From Escherichia coli (lineage in GTDB: Bacteria > Pseudomonadota > Gammaproteobacteria > Enterobacterales > Enterobacteriaceae): a stretch of DNA of 64,000 nucleotides. This document shows, piece by piece, positions 39,486 through 54,010 of this stretch; position 1 is the first letter of the stretch; each line of letters opens with the position of its first letter. The notes beneath the pieces are model-generated. The model was not told where the DNA came from. It did not search any database and saw only the letters and a program-made list of their open reading frames with translations. The position numbers and the translations under genes were made by a program. Location of the stretch: the NCBI RefSeq assembly GCF_001677475.2, contig NZ_CP015229.1. One strand, 5' to 3'.

Positions 39486-41219
39486 CTAAATTGGCCAGAT
39501 ATTGTCGATGATAATTTGCAGGCTGCGGTTGCCGCGAAACTCGTTAATATCGAGCTTGTAAGCCAGTTGTACTTCGCGCACGCCGTTATCCGGCCAGAGG
39601 GCGGTATCGACATTAAAAGCAATACCATCCAGCAGCGGACCGCCGCCGACCGGTTCGACCATCACCTTCAAATGACGTTCGCCCACCAGCCGCTGTTGCA
39701 GCAGACGGAAATGACCGTCAAACAGCGGCTCCGGGAACATCTGCCCCCACGGGCCAGCATCGCGCAGCAGCTGAGCCACTTCCATGGTCATTTCGGCCGG
39801 GCTTAACGGACCGTCTGACACTACTTCGCCTTGCAATAGCGAAGGGTCCAGCCACTCAGAAACCAGTTCGCCAAACCGTTGTTGAAAGAGTTCGAATTTA
39901 TCCTCTTCCAGCGACAAACCCGCCGCCATCGCATGACCGCCAAACTTGAGCATCATGCCGGGGTAGAGTGTGTCTAATCGCTCCAGCGCATCACGCATAT
40001 GCAGCCCCTGAATCGAGCGACCGGAACCTTTCAGCGTACCGTCACCTGCTGGCGCAAAGGCGATAACCGGACGGTGAAAACGCTCTTTGATGCGCGAAGC
40101 CAGAATACCGACAACGCCCTGATGCCATTCGGGGTGATACATTGCCAGCCCGCCGGGTAGCGTGTCACGGCTGCGCTCCAGTTTCTCGCACAGGGTCAGG
40201 GCTTCAATCTGCATTCCTTGTTCGATCTCTTTTCGCGTCTGGTTTAGCGCATCGAGTTCATTTGCCAGCACGCGCGCTTCGCCGATGTTGTCGCAGAGCA
40301 ACAGCGCCACACCGACGGACATATCATCCAGTCGCCCGGCAGCATTGAGACGTGGCCCCAGCGCAAAACCTAAATCGCTGGCGGCGAGTTTTTGTGCATC
40401 ACGGTTTGCCACTTCAAGCAGAGCTTTAATCCCTGGACGGCACTTTCCGGCACGGATGCGACTCATCCCCTGCCAGGTCAGAATGCGATTATTAGCGTCC
40501 AGCGGCACGACGTCCGCTACTGTCCCCAGCGCGACCAGATCCAGCAGTTCTGCCAGGTTAGGAATTGCGATGCCATGCTCATCAAACCAGCCCTGATCAC
40601 GCAAAAAGGTGCGCAGCGCCAGCATCAGATAAAACGCCACACCCACGCCTGCCAGTGATTTCGACGGGAAATTACAGTCGCGCAAGTTAGGGTTAATGAT
40701 CGCTTCCGCTGCGGGTAATGTGTCGCCCGGCAAATGGTGATCGGTAACAATAACCGGAATGCCCAACGAGCGAGCGTGTTCAACCCCCGCATGGGAGGAA
40801 ATTCCGTTATCCACCGTGACAATTAACTGCGCGCCACGGGCATGGGCCTGATCGACCACTTCCGGGCTTAAGCCGTAACCGTCTTCGAAACGGTTTGGAA
40901 CCAGGTAGTCGATATTGCTGCAACCAAGCGAGCGCATCGCCAGCACGCTTAGAGCCGTACTGGTGGCACCGTCTGCGTCGAAATCACCGACCACAATAAT
41001 CCGCGTTCCTTCGCGAAAAGCGTTGTAAAGGATCTCAACGGCCTTTTCGACGCCGCTCAGTTGCTGCCAGGGCAGCATACCTTTAACACTGCGTTCCAGT
41101 TCTTGCGCACTGCGTACTCCCCGGCTGGCGTATAAACGGCGCAGCAAGGGAGGCAATTCAGCGGGCAAGTCTGCCGTTTCATCGACTTCACGGCGACGAA
41201 GTTGTATCTGTTGTTTCAC
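39486..41219 (-). CDS. recJ: single-stranded-DNA-specific exonuclease RecJ
   Basis: 577 aa; DHH phosphoesterase motifs. Confidence 0.92.
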   Translation of the reverse strand: MKQQIQLRRREVDETADLPAELPPLLRRLYASRGVRSAQELERSVKGMLPWQQLSGVEKAVEILYNAFREGTRIIVVGDFDADGATSTALSVLAMRSLGCSNIDYLVPNRFEDGYGLSPEVVDQAHARGAQLIVTVDNGISSHAGVEHARSLGIPVIVTDHHLPGDTLPAAEAIINPNLRDCNFPSKSLAGVGVAFYLMLALRTFLRDQGWFDEHGIAIPNLAELLDLVALGTVADVVPLDANNRILTWQGMSRIRAGKCRPGIKALLEVANRDAQKLAASDLGFALGPRLNAAGRLDDMSVGVALLLCDNIGEARVLANELDALNQTRKEIEQGMQIEALTLCEKLERSRDTLPGGLAMYHPEWHQGVVGILASRIKERFHRPVIAFAPAGDGTLKGSGRSIQGLHMRDALERLDTLYPGMMLKFGGHAMAAGLSLEEDKFELFQQRFGELVSEWLDPSLLQGEVVSDGPLSPAEMTMEVAQLLRDAGPWGQMFPEPLFDGHFRLLQQRLVGERHLKVMVEPVGGGPLLDGIAFNVDTALWPDNGVREVQLAYKLDINEFRGNRSLQIIIDNIWPI

Positions 41220-41224
41220 GCGAA

Positions 41225-41935
41225 TTATTTACCGCTGGTCATTTTTTGGTGTTCGTCGAGGAATTCTTTCATGTCTTTCGGTGGCTGGTAACCCGGAACA
41301 AGTGTGCCATTGCTCAGCACAATTGCCGGTGTGCCGCTAACGCCAAGCTGGACGCCAAGTGCGTAATGATCGGCAATATCGATATCGCAACTTGCCGGAG
41401 TGGCAGCTTTACCTGCCATCACATCATCAAACGCTTTGTTTTTATCTTTCGCACACCAGATAGCTTTCATTTCTTTCTCTGCATCGCTGTCCAGCCCCTG
41501 GCGCGGGAAAGCAAGATAACGCACGGTGATCCCCAGCGCGTTGTAGTCTGCCATTTGCTCATGCAGTTTGTGGCAGTAACCACAGGTAATATCAGTAAAC
41601 ACGGTGATGACGTGTTTTTCCTGCGGCGCTTTATAAACGATCATCTCTTTTTCAAGCGCATTCAACTGCTTTAACAGCATCTTATTGGTGACATTGACCG
41701 GAGCCGTGCCACTAACGTCATACATTGGCCCCTGAATGATATGTTTACCATCATCGGTGATGTACAACACACCGCTGTTAGTCAGAACTGTCTTCATGCC
41801 AGCTACAGGCGCGGGCTGAATATCGCTGCTTTTGATGCCCATTTTGGCTAACGTTTGTTGAATTGCCGCGTCATCAGCCTGAGCAAAGCCTGAAAACGCC
41901 GCTAACAAAGTAAACAACATAAAACCTTTCTTCAT
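41225..41935 (-). CDS. dsbC: thiol:disulfide interchange protein DsbC
   Basis: 236 aa; signal peptide and thioredoxin-fold CGYC active site. Confidence 0.92.
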   Translation of the reverse strand: MKKGFMLFTLLAAFSGFAQADDAAIQQTLAKMGIKSSDIQPAPVAGMKTVLTNSGVLYITDDGKHIIQGPMYDVSGTAPVNVTNKMLLKQLNALEKEMIVYKAPQEKHVITVFTDITCGYCHKLHEQMADYNALGITVRYLAFPRQGLDSDAEKEMKAIWCAKDKNKAFDDVMAGKAATPASCDIDIADHYALGVQLGVSGTPAIVLSNGTLVPGYQPPKDMKEFLDEHQKMTSGK

Positions 41936-41959
41936 AAATCTTCCCGTTCTTTTCAGACA

Positions 41960-42856
41960 TCACGCCCGCGGGTGATGCTGTTGATGAAGTTGCCGCAGAC
42001 GCTCGGTAGCGACATGCGTATAAATTTGCGTGGTGGAGAGATCGCTGTGGCCCAGTAGCATCTGCACCACGCGTAAATCCGCACCATGATTTAATAAATG
42101 AGTGGCAAAAGCGTGACGCAACACATGCGGTGACAGCTTTTCGCTGTCGATACCCGCCAGCACGGCATAATGTTTAATGCGGTGCCAGAAGGTTTGTCGC
42201 GTCATCTGCTGCGCACGCTGGCTGGGGAACAACACATCAATAGAGACACCGTTCAACAACCACGGTCGCCCATGCTCGAGATACGTTTCCAGCCAGTAAA
42301 CCGCCTCTTCACCTAACGGTACCAGGCGCTCTTTGTTGCCTTTACCAATGACCCGCACTACGCCCTGACGCAGGCTGATATCACTCATTGTCAGTCCGAC
42401 CAGTTCAGAGACACGCAGCCCGGTAGCATACAACACTTCAAGCATGGCTTTATCGCGTAGCTCCAGTGGCTGATCAATTAATGGTGCCTGTAATAAACGT
42501 TCAACCTGCGCTTCGCTTAAATCTTTTGGCAAACGCTGGGGCAATTTCGGTGAAGCGAGATGCGCACTGGGATCGTCTTCACGAAACTTTTCGCGATAAA
42601 GATACTGGAACAATCGGCGCACTGCACTCAGCAAACGCGCTGAGCTGGTGGCTTTATACCCGCCCTCCAGCCGTTCTGCCAGTAATGCCTGCAAATCGTC
42701 ACTTTGCGCAGTCGCCAGCGTCAACCCGCGGTGATGCAACCACTCCACCATCATTGACAGATCGCGACGGTATGCGTTCAACGTATTTTCAGCCAGATTT
42801 TTTTCCAGCCACAGAGCATCAAGAAACTGCTCGATGCGTGCCAGATCCTGTTTCAC
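41960..42856 (-). CDS. xerD: site-specific tyrosine recombinase XerD (chromosome dimer resolution)
   Basis: 298 aa; catalytic segment HVLRHAFATHLL...LGHSDLSTTQIYTHV. Confidence 0.92.
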   Translation of the reverse strand: MKQDLARIEQFLDALWLEKNLAENTLNAYRRDLSMMVEWLHHRGLTLATAQSDDLQALLAERLEGGYKATSSARLLSAVRRLFQYLYREKFREDDPSAHLASPKLPQRLPKDLSEAQVERLLQAPLIDQPLELRDKAMLEVLYATGLRVSELVGLTMSDISLRQGVVRVIGKGNKERLVPLGEEAVYWLETYLEHGRPWLLNGVSIDVLFPSQRAQQMTRQTFWHRIKHYAVLAGIDSEKLSPHVLRHAFATHLLNHGADLRVVQMLLGHSDLSTTQIYTHVATERLRQLHQQHHPRA

Positions 42857-42967
42857 TTGCGCCCCTTATGGTCACTCATTTGATCCATTATGCCTTATTG
42901 TGCCGTGACTAAAGCGATTCTGATACACTAGCCGCAAAAGCCACAGCAGAATCGAGAAGCTTACGTT

Positions 42968-43489
42968 ATGAATATGGGTCTTTTTTACGGTTCCAGCACC
43001 TGTTACACCGAAATGGCGGCAGAAAAAATCCGCGATATTATCGGCCCAGAACTGGTGACCTTACATAACCTCAAGGACGACTCCCCGAAATTAATGGAGC
43101 AGTACGATGTGCTCATTCTGGGTATCCCGACCTGGGATTTTGGCGAAATCCAGGAAGACTGGGAAGCCATCTGGGATCAGCTCGACGACCTGAACCTCGA
43201 AGGTAAAATTGTTGCGCTGTATGGGCTTGGCGATCAACTGGGATACGGCGAGTGGTTCCTCGATGCGCTCGGTATGCTGCATGACAAGCTCTCGACCAAA
43301 GGCGTGAAGTTCGTCGGCTACTGGCCAACGGAAGGATATGAGTTTACCAGCCCGAAACCGGTGATTGCTGACGGGCAACTGTTCGTGGGCCTGGCGCTGG
43401 ACGAAACTAATCAGTATGACCTTAGCGACGAGCGTATTCAGAACTGGTGCGAGCAAATCCTCAACGAAATGGCAGAGCATTACGCCTGA
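42968..43489 (+). CDS. fldB: flavodoxin 2
   Basis: 173 aa, [21 protein letters not shown]. Confidence 0.9.
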   Translation: MNMGLFYGSSTCYTEMAAEKIRDIIGPELVTLHNLKDDSPKLMEQYDVLILGIPTWDFGEIQEDWEAIWDQLDDLNLEGKIVALYGLGDQLGYGEWFLDALGMLHDKLSTKGVKFVGYWPTEGYEFTSPKPVIADGQLFVGLALDETNQYDLSDERIQNWCEQILNEMAEHYA

Positions 43490-43528
43490 TGTCACTGACG
43501 GCTTAGCGCATATGCTTTGCCGTCATCT

Positions 43529-44195
<667 letters not shown>

Positions 44196-44425
44196 TCACG
44201 AAAATCCAGTACCCGGCTATTGTAACGTGTTTTTCGACTTCTTTTACGGGAATATCAGTAAACACAATCGCGATCGCGAAATTAATTCACAACAATTCAA
44301 GAGCTTCATTTTTTTGGAAGTCGCCTCGCAGAAGGCACAGATCGCGTAGTGAAAGCACTTGCATTGCCTCATAGCTCTTTTACCATTAGTTATTAATACG
44401 CCGTTAAGCAACTCAGGACTCTATT

Positions 44426-45406
44426 ATGGCTTTTACACCTTTTCCTCCCCGTCAGCCTACGGCTTCTGCCCGTTTACCGCTGACGCTGATGACGCTTGAT
44501 GACTGGGCGCTTGCCACCATTACTGGCGCGGACAGCGAAAAATATATGCAGGGTCAGGTGACAGCAGATGTCAGCCAGATGACAGAAAATCAGCATCTGC
44601 TCGCCGCCCATTGCGACGCCAAAGGTAAAATGTGGAGCAATTTACGTCTGTTCCGCGACGGCGATGGCTTTGCATGGATTGAACGGCGCAGCGTGCGTGA
44701 ACCGCAGCTGACTGAACTGAAAAAATATGCGGTGTTCTCTAAAGTGACCATCGCGCCAGACGACGAGCGTGTGCTGCTTGGTGTTGCCGGTTTTCAGGCG
44801 CGCGCCGCGCTGGCCAATCTCTTTAGTGAACTGCCTTCGAAAGAAAAACAGGTAGTTAAAGAAGGCGCGACCACTTTGCTATGGTTTGAACACCCGGCAG
44901 AACGTTTCCTGATCGTAACCGATGAAGCTACTGCCAATATGCTGACCGATAAACTGCGCGGTGAAGCGGAACTGAACAATAGCCAACAGTGGCTGGCATT
45001 AAACATTGAAGCGGGTTTCCCGGTGATTGATGCCGCGAACAGCGGGCAGTTTATCCCACAGGCGACCAATCTCCAGGCGCTGGGCGGTATCAGCTTTAAG
45101 AAAGGCTGTTATACCGGACAAGAGATGGTGGCGCGAGCAAAATTCCGTGGTGCCAATAAACGTGCGCTCTGGTTGCTGGCAGGTAGTGCCAGCCGACTGC
45201 CGGAAGCTGGTGAAGATTTAGAGCTGAAAATGGGCGAGAACTGGCGTCGCACCGGTACGGTGCTGGCTGCGGTAAAACTGGAAGATGGTCAGGTCGTGGT
45301 ACAGGTCGTCATGAATAACGATATGGAACCGGACAGCATCTTCCGCGTGCGTGACGATGCGAATACATTGCATATCGAGCCGCTGCCGTATTCGCTCGAA
45401 GAGTAA
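44426..45406 (+). CDS. ygfZ: folate-binding protein YgfZ (GcvT-like fold; Fe-S cluster repair / tRNA modification)
   Basis: 326 aa; conserved KGCYxGQE motif. Confidence 0.9.
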   Translation: MAFTPFPPRQPTASARLPLTLMTLDDWALATITGADSEKYMQGQVTADVSQMTENQHLLAAHCDAKGKMWSNLRLFRDGDGFAWIERRSVREPQLTELKKYAVFSKVTIAPDDERVLLGVAGFQARAALANLFSELPSKEKQVVKEGATTLLWFEHPAERFLIVTDEATANMLTDKLRGEAELNNSQQWLALNIEAGFPVIDAANSGQFIPQATNLQALGGISFKKGCYTGQEMVARAKFRGANKRALWLLAGSASRLPEAGEDLELKMGENWRRTGTVLAAVKLEDGQVVVQVVMNNDMEPDSIFRVRDDANTLHIEPLPYSLEE

Positions 45407-45413
45407 ATCTCTG

Positions 45414-45448
45414 TGTCGCATCAGGCATTTATCGCCTGATGCGACACG
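45414..45448. terminator. bidirectional 14-bp-stem hairpin GTGTCGCATCAGGC-atttatc-GCCTGATGCGACAC between ygfZ and yqfA
   Basis: Perfect inverted repeat read directly. Confidence 0.6.
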
Positions 45449-45482
45449 GGTGTGTCTTTTCAGGCCTACAAAGGCACACCCA

Positions 45483-46145
<663 letters not shown>

Positions 46146-46305
46146 TTACTCCGGAGAAACGTACACGCACATGTATACCTCTCCAGCGTAACTGAGAATA
46201 GTTCCAGTGAACACCTGTTAGCTAAAATAAATTCTGATTTGAGACTAATCTCCGAAAAATCAGGAAATTAAATGCGAAATTTCAACTAACAGGCGTGAGT
46301 TCAAT

Positions 46306-46617
46306 TTAAAGGCATTTAAATTCAATCACATAAAACTGTGTCTGGCCGGGATAGATATCGGCAATGACCTTTTTCAGATCAGTCAGGGGCATATTTTCCT
46401 GCTCTGCATGTTTTTCCGTCAGTGTATCCAGCGTTACGGTTGAGGTTGCGGTGACTTCAATCGTGCAAAAATAACCGTCATCTTCAAAACGTCCGACACG
46501 AAGCACATCACCCGTTTTGAAGTGCGATTCAGACTCGTCGCGGATGGTGATGGTTTTACGCCCAGCCAGAATGTCATCCTGGAAACGTTGAAAAAAAGTG
46601 ATGTCGTTTGGCTGCAT
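46306..46617 (-). CDS. yqfB: ASCH-domain protein YqfB
   Basis: 103 aa, [27 protein letters not shown]. Confidence 0.85.
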   Translation of the reverse strand: MQPNDITFFQRFQDDILAGRKTITIRDESESHFKTGDVLRVGRFEDDGYFCTIEVTATSTVTLDTLTEKHAEQENMPLTDLKKVIADIYPGQTQFYVIEFKCL

Positions 46618-46634
46618 GGTACTATTTCCTGTAA

Positions 46635-48095
<1,461 letters not shown>

Positions 48096-48107
48096 GTAGA
48101 TGAAGTA

Positions 48108-48138
48108 CCGGATGCAATGCTTGTTGCGTTGCATCCGG
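48108..48138. terminator. hairpin CCGGATGCAATGC-ttgtt-GCGTTGCATCCGG between convergent bglA and ygfF
   Basis: Near-perfect 13-bp inverted repeat. Confidence 0.5.
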
Positions 48139-48156
48139 TCAGACAACTTTCCTGCT

Positions 48157-48900
48157 TTATTTCCCGCCCGCCAAATCGATAAAACTTCCCGTGACATAAG
48201 AGGCTTTATCACTAAGCAGCCAGACAATGGCCTGCGCGACCTCTTCCGCCTGTCCGCCGCGCTGCATGGGGATGTTCGACTTAACGCGATCGACGCGTCC
48301 GGGTTCACCACCGCTGGCATGCATTTCGGTATAAATAAACCCAGGCCGCACGCCGTTAACGCGAATGCCCTGCGCGGCGACTTCCAGCGATAATCCGGTG
48401 GTTAACGTATCAATCGCCCCTTTCGATGCCGCATAATCAACGTATTCTCCGGGTGATCCCAGCCTGGCTGCTACCGAAGAAACATTGACGATAGCGCCGC
48501 CACTGCCGCCGTTTTTCAGCGCCATGCGTTTTACCGCCTCGCGGCAGCAGAGAAAATAACCCGTCACGTTGGTGGAAAGTACTTGGTTGATTCGCTCTGC
48601 CGTGAGATTTTCCACTGTGCATTGGGTAAACAATATTCCTGCGTTATTGACCAGCGCGGCTAACGGTTCATCACGCTGATCGATTGCTGTAAACATTGCG
48701 ATAACCTGATTTTCGTCGCTGATATCCGCCTGGAGCACAAATGCCTTGCCACCGGCTTGCGTTATTAAGTTCACCACTTCCTGCGCCGCGTGGAGGTTTT
48801 GCTGATAATTAACCGCCACCGTATACCCTTCTTTTACCAGCAGCAGCGCAGTTGCCCGCCCAATGCCGCGACTACCACCGGTCACAAGTGCTATAGCCAT
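48157..48900 (-). CDS. ygfF: short-chain dehydrogenase/reductase (SDR) family oxidoreductase
   Basis: 247 aa; TGGSRGIG cofactor motif and YAASK catalytic motif. Confidence 0.88.
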   Translation of the reverse strand: MAIALVTGGSRGIGRATALLLVKEGYTVAVNYQQNLHAAQEVVNLITQAGGKAFVLQADISDENQVIAMFTAIDQRDEPLAALVNNAGILFTQCTVENLTAERINQVLSTNVTGYFLCCREAVKRMALKNGGSGGAIVNVSSVAARLGSPGEYVDYAASKGAIDTLTTGLSLEVAAQGIRVNGVRPGFIYTEMHASGGEPGRVDRVKSNIPMQRGGQAEEVAQAIVWLLSDKASYVTGSFIDLAGGK

Positions 48901-48917
48901 TTGTTTTCCCCAAAAAT

Positions 48918-49106
48918 AAAGGCGCCGAAGCGCCTTTCAAATTGATGACAAAGTGCGTTTTTATGCCGGATGCGGCGTGAACGCCTTATCCAGCCTACAA
49001 GATCGTGCAAATTCAATACATTGCAGAGACCATGTAGGCCTGATAAACGAAGTGCATCAGGCAATGTTGAGTTTGTCATCAGCCTCAAAGGCGCCGAAGC
49101 GCCTTT
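48918..49106. repeat. REP/BIME-like cluster: two REP-like palindromic units flanked by two identical 20-bp hairpins AAAGGCGCCGAAGCGCCTTT
   Basis: Identical hairpin copies at 48918-48937 and 49087-49106; REP-like units around 48965-48999 (GCCGGATGCGGCGTGAACGCCTTATCC) and 49034-49062 (GTAGGCCTGATAAACGAAGTGCATCAGGC). Confidence 0.7.
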
Positions 49107-49128
49107 AGAAGATAGTCGAATCAGTAAA

Positions 49129-52002
49129 TTACTGGTATTCGCTAATCGGTACGCAGGAGCAGAACAGGTTACGGTCGCCGTAAACATCATCCAGACGTTT
49201 CACTGTTGGCCAGTATTTGTCTGCCACGCCTGCCGGGAATACTGCAACGTCACGGCTGTACGGATGCGCCCACTCGGCGACCAGTTCGCTCTGAATGTGC
49301 GGCGCGTTCACCAGCGGGTTATCTTCCAGCGGCCAGACACCAGCTTTCACCTGTTCAATTTCTGCGCGGATAGCCAGCATAGCGTCGATAAAGCGATCCA
49401 GTTCCACTTTGCTTTCAGATTCAGTCGGTTCAACCATCAGCGTACCCGCCACCGGGAACGACATCGTCGGCGCGTGGAAACCGTAGTCGATCAGGCGCTT
49501 GGCAATATCCAGCTCGCTGATGCCGGTTTCTTCTTTCAGCGGGCGAATATCGAGAATACATTCGTGCGCCACGCGACCGTCGCGACCGGTATACAGCACC
49601 GGGAAGGCATCCTGCAGGCGGCTGGCAATATAGTTGGCGTTAAGAATTGCCACCTGGCTTGCTTTTTTCAGCCCTTCTGCGCCCATCATGCGGATGTACA
49701 TCCAGCTGATTGGCAGAATGGATGCGCTACCGAACGGTGCCGCAGAAACCGCGCCCTGACGGGTTAACATGCCTTCGATTTGCACCACGCTATGACCCGG
49801 TACAAACGGTGCCAGATGCGCTTTCACACCGATCGGTCCCATACCCGGACCACCACCGCCGTGCGGAATGCAGAAAGTTTTATGCAGGTTAAGGTGCGAA
49901 ACATCCGCGCCAATAAAGCCCGGCGAAGTGATACCAACCTGAGCGTTCATGTTCGCGCCATCAAGGTAAACCTGACCACCGAACTGATGCACGACTTCAC
50001 ACACCTCACGGATCGTTTCTTCATACACGCCGTGGGTGGAAGGATAGGTCACCATGATACAGGAGAGGTTATCGCCCGCCTGTTCCGCTTTCGCGCGCAG
50101 ATCAGTCAGATCGATGTTGCCGTTTTTATCACACGCCACAACCACCACCTGCATTCCTGCCATATGTGCAGAAGCGGGGTTAGTTCCGTGCGCAGAAGCC
50201 GGGATCAGGCAGATATCGCGATGCCCTTCGTTGCGGCTTTCATGATAATGACGAATCGCCAGCAGGCCCGCATATTCGCCCTGTGCGCCAGAGTTCGGCT
50301 GCATACAAACGGCGTCGTAACCGGTCAGTTTCACCAGCCAGTCAGCCAACTGCGCAATCATCTGCTGATAACCTTCGGCCTGTTCCGGCGGGCAGAACGG
50401 GTGCAGTTCGGCAAATTCCGGCCAGGTGATTGGGATCATCTCGGCGGCGGCGTTCAGTTTCATGGTGCAGGAACCCAGCGGGATCATCGCCTGATTCAGC
50501 GCCAGATCTTTACGCTCCAGCGAGTGCATATAGCGCATCATTTCGGTTTCGCTGTGGTAGCGATTAAACACCGGATGAGTGAGGATTTCGTCGTCGCGCA
50601 GCATCGCAGGCTGAATAGAGCGGCTGTCGTGAGCCACGTCTTTGTCCAGCGTGTCGATCTCCAGCCCGTGGTTATCGCCCAGCAGCACGCTGAAAAGCTG
50701 CATCACGTTTTCACGCGTGGTGGTTTCATCAAGGGTGATCCCAACCGCGTTCAGGATATCGCTACGCAGGTTGATTTCAGCCGCTTCGGCACGCGTCAGT
50801 ACGCCCGCTTTGTCGGCCACTTCCACACACAAGGTGTCGAAATAGTGCGCATGACGCAGTTTCAGACCTTTTTGTTGCAGGCCCGCCGCCAGGATATCGG
50901 TCAGACGGTGGATGCGGTTAGCGATACGTTTCAGGCCCACCGGGCCGTGATAAACGGCATACAGGCTGGCGATGTTTGCCAGCAGTACCTGGGAAGTACA
51001 AATGTTGGAGTTCGCTTTCTCACGGCGAATATGTTGCTCGCGAGTCTGCATCGCCATGCGCAGCGCGGTATTGCCAGCTGCATCTTTCGATACACCGATA
51101 ATACGGCCCGGCATTGAGCGTTTGTATTCATCTTTCGCCGCAAAGAATGCCGCGTGTGGGCCTCCGTAGCCCATCGGCACGCCGAAACGTTGCGCCGAAC
51201 CAAAGACAATATCCGCGCCCTGTTTACCCGGCGCAGTTAACAGCACCAGCGCCATAATATCGGCGGCAACGCTGACCACGATTTTGCGTGATTTCAGTTC
51301 GCTGATAAGCGCAGTATAGTCGTGGATTTCACCGGTAGTGCCGACCTGCTGTAACAGCACGCCGAAGACGTCCTGATGATCGAGCACTTTTTGCGCGTCA
51401 TCGACAATCACTTCAAAACCAAAGGTTTCGGCACGAGTACGGACCACATCCAGCGTTTGCGGATGCACATCGGAAGCCACGAAGAAGCGGTTGGCATTTT
51501 TCAGTTTGCTGACGCGTTTCGCCATCGCCATTGCTTCGGCGGCAGCAGTGGCTTCGTCAAGAAGAGAAGCCGATGCCATATCCAGCCCGGTTAAATCCAG
51601 CGTTACCTGCTGGAAGTTGAGCAGTGCTTCAAGGCGGCCCTGGGAGACTTCAGGTTGATACGGAGTATACGCGGTATACCAGCCCGGATTTTCCAGCATG
51701 TTACGCAGGATAACCGGCGGTAACTGCACGGCGGTGTACCCCATGCCGATGTAAGACGTGAAGCGTTTATTGCGACTGGCAATAGCCTTGAGTTCTGCCA
51801 GTGCGGCGTATTCGGTCGCCGGTGCGCCAACCTGCGGCGGAGTCGCAAGCTGAATATCTTTCGGCACAATCTGGCCGGTCAGCGCGTTTAACGATTGTGC
51901 GCCAACGGCATTCAGCATTTCTTGCTGTTGCGCGGCGTCCGGTCCGATATGGCGTTCAATAAAAGCGCCGCTGTTTTCAAGCTGGCTTAACGTCTGTGTC
52001 AT
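49129..52002 (-). CDS. gcvP: glycine dehydrogenase (decarboxylating), glycine cleavage system P-protein
   Basis: Translation from [22 protein letters not shown]; supplied ORF has a 28-codon extension. Confidence 0.93.
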   Translation of the reverse strand: MTQTLSQLENSGAFIERHIGPDAAQQQEMLNAVGAQSLNALTGQIVPKDIQLATPPQVGAPATEYAALAELKAIASRNKRFTSYIGMGYTAVQLPPVILRNMLENPGWYTAYTPYQPEVSQGRLEALLNFQQVTLDLTGLDMASASLLDEATAAAEAMAMAKRVSKLKNANRFFVASDVHPQTLDVVRTRAETFGFEVIVDDAQKVLDHQDVFGVLLQQVGTTGEIHDYTALISELKSRKIVVSVAADIMALVLLTAPGKQGADIVFGSAQRFGVPMGYGGPHAAFFAAKDEYKRSMPGRIIGVSKDAAGNTALRMAMQTREQHIRREKANSNICTSQVLLANIASLYAVYHGPVGLKRIANRIHRLTDILAAGLQQKGLKLRHAHYFDTLCVEVADKAGVLTRAEAAEINLRSDILNAVGITLDETTTRENVMQLFSVLLGDNHGLEIDTLDKDVAHDSRSIQPAMLRDDEILTHPVFNRYHSETEMMRYMHSLERKDLALNQAMIPLGSCTMKLNAAAEMIPITWPEFAELHPFCPPEQAEGYQQMIAQLADWLVKLTGYDAVCMQPNSGAQGEYAGLLAIRHYHESRNEGHRDICLIPASAHGTNPASAHMAGMQVVVVACDKNGNIDLTDLRAKAEQAGDNLSCIMVTYPSTHGVYEETIREVCEVVHQFGGQVYLDGANMNAQVGITSPGFIGADVSHLNLHKTFCIPHGGGGPGMGPIGVKAHLAPFVPGHSVVQIEGMLTRQGAVSAAPFGSASILPISWMYIRMMGAEGLKKASQVAILNANYIASRLQDAFPVLYTGRDGRVAHECILDIRPLKEETGISELDIAKRLIDYGFHAPTMSFPVAGTLMVEPTESESKVELDRFIDAMLAIRAEIEQVKAGVWPLEDNPLVNAPHIQSELVAEWAHPYSRDVAVFPAGVADKYWPTVKRLDDVYGDRNLFCSCVPISEYQ

Positions 52003-52040
52003 GAGCGATGGTTCCTGAAACGTGCAGTGAATTGTGAACC

Positions 52041-52110
52041 TCTCTCCTTGCGAAGAGAGTGAGGGTGAGGCGTAAAAGTTCCTCACCCTGATCCTCTCCC
52101 GCAGAAGAGG
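52041..52110 (-). other. three consecutive hairpins in the gcvH-gcvP intercistronic region
   Basis: CTCTC-n8-GAGAG (52041-52058), AGGGTGAGG-n10-CCTCACCCT (52061-52088) and TCCTCT-n8-AGAGGA (52091-52110). Confidence 0.4.
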
Positions 52111-52120
52111 AATAAAGCCG

Positions 52121-52510
52121 TTACTCGTCTTCTAACAATGCTTCGTATGCGGTCGCATCCAGCAGTGATTCCAGTTCGCTTTCATCGCTGGCTTTGATTT
52201 TGAAAATCCAGCCGCCTGCATACGGTTCGCTGTTCACCAGTTCCGGGGAATCGCTCAGTGCGTCGTTTACCGCCACGATTTCACCGCTTACTGGCGCATA
52301 AATGTCTGACGCCGCTTTTACTGATTCGGCAACCGCGCAGTCATCGCCCGCGCTAACCGTTGCGCCCACTTCCGGCAGGTCAACAAACACCATATCGCCT
52401 AACAGCTCCTGGGCATGTTCGGTGATACCAACGGTGTAAGTGCCGTCGGCTTCTTTACGCAGCCATTCGTGTTCTTTGCTGTATTTCAGTTCTGCTGGTA
52501 CGTTGCTCAT
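52121..52510 (-). CDS. gcvH: glycine cleavage system H-protein (lipoyl carrier)
   Basis: Translation [16 protein letters not shown]; lipoyl-lysine context; start taken at the second ATG of the supplied ORF. Confidence 0.92.
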
Positions 52511-52533
52511 CAATCAATCTCCAAAAAAGTAAA

Positions 52534-53628
52534 TCACGCGACGGCTTTACCGTTACGCACAAAAACAGGTTTCGTCACTTTAACCGGCATTTCACGGTTG
52601 CGAATTTGCACAATCGCTGTTTCACCAATACCTTCCGGCACGCGCGCCAGCGCAATGCTGTAACCCAGCGTCGGGGAGAAAGTACCGCTGGTGATAATGC
52701 CTTCATGCTGGTTGCCCTGCGCATCGGTAAAGCGTACCGGCAGTTCATTACGCAGCACGCCTTTTTCGGTCATCACCAGACCAACCAGTTTTTCTGTGCC
52801 ATGCTCACGCTGCACTTCCAGGGCTTCACGACCGATAAAGTCACGATCTGCCGGTTCCCAGGCGATAGTCCAGCCCATGTTGGCGGCTAACGGAGAAATG
52901 GTTTCGTCCATCTCCTGACCATAAAGATTCATACCCGCTTCCAGACGCAGCGTGTCACGCGCGCCCAGGCCGCATGGCTTAACGCCCGCTTCCACCAGCG
53001 CACGCCAGAAATCGGCCGCTTTTTCATTGGGCAGCGCAATTTCATAGCCCGCTTCACCGGTATAACCAGTGGTGGCAATAAACAGATCGCCCGCCTGCAC
53101 GCCAAAGAACGGTTTCATCCCTTCCACCGCCTGACGCTGGGCGTCATTAAACAGTGTGGCAGCTTTTGCCTGCGCATTCGGCCCTTGTACGGCAATCATG
53201 GAAAGGTCATCACGAACGGTAATTTCGATGCCGAAAGGTTCAGCGTGTTGGGTGATCCAGGAGAGGTCTTTTTCGCGGGTGGCGGAGTTAACAACGAGGC
53301 GGAAGAAATCTTCAGTAAAATAGTAGACGATGAGATCATCTATCACACCGCCAGAGGCATTCAACATCCCCGAGTAAAGGGCTTTGCCGCTTTTGGTGAG
53401 TTTCGCCACATCGTTCGCCAGCAGATAACGCAGAAACTCCCGGGTGCGGCTGCCGCGGAGATCGACGATGGTCATATGTGACACATCAAACATTCCGGCA
53501 TCGGTACGTACCGCATGATGTTCGTCGATTTGCGAACCGTAATGCAGCGGCATCATCCAGCCGTGGAAATCCACCATGCGAGCGCCGCAAAGCGTGTGTT
53601 GTTCGTACAAAGGAGTCTGTTGTGCCAT
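52534..53628 (-). CDS. gcvT: aminomethyltransferase, glycine cleavage system T-protein
   Basis: 364 aa, [33 protein letters not shown]. Confidence 0.93.
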
Positions 53629-54010
53629 CTTGTCCTCATTGAATAAGCGGGGCTGACAACTTTTTCATGGCGAAATTATCACCACGAAACCCAGCATCGG
53701 GGCCACTCCCGGTCCCCAACGCAATCGTTCTCTTTTGTCTGAACTTACCACCGAAACAGACTGTTAACCATAAGGTAAAATTGATCATCACATTAGCTTA
53801 TGGTTAAAAAACGCCAAAATCGCAACAGAATAAAAAACCAAAAAACACACCAGTTTCTATACAAAGATGATGCTATTAGAAAGTTAATTTGAATAAGGCA
53901 ATATTAAGAACTGAAAAAATGTCAAAAAATACTAAATCAAAAAATCATGGCATTAGAAAATATAATGCGAAAACGGAGGTGAAATTAGTTTATTTCAAAT
54001 GAGGAAAATC

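Noticed and set aside
41960-42856. Tyrosine recombinase as a sign of an integrated mobile element
   Set aside because: The protein is the core chromosome-dimer resolvase XerD in its usual recJ-dsbC-xerD context, with no flanking direct repeats, phage genes or composition shift.
48918-49106. CRISPR-like array suggested by repeated palindromes
   Set aside because: Only two copies of the 20-bp hairpin, separated by REP-like palindromes rather than unique spacers of uniform length; no cas genes nearby. I call it a REP/BIME block.
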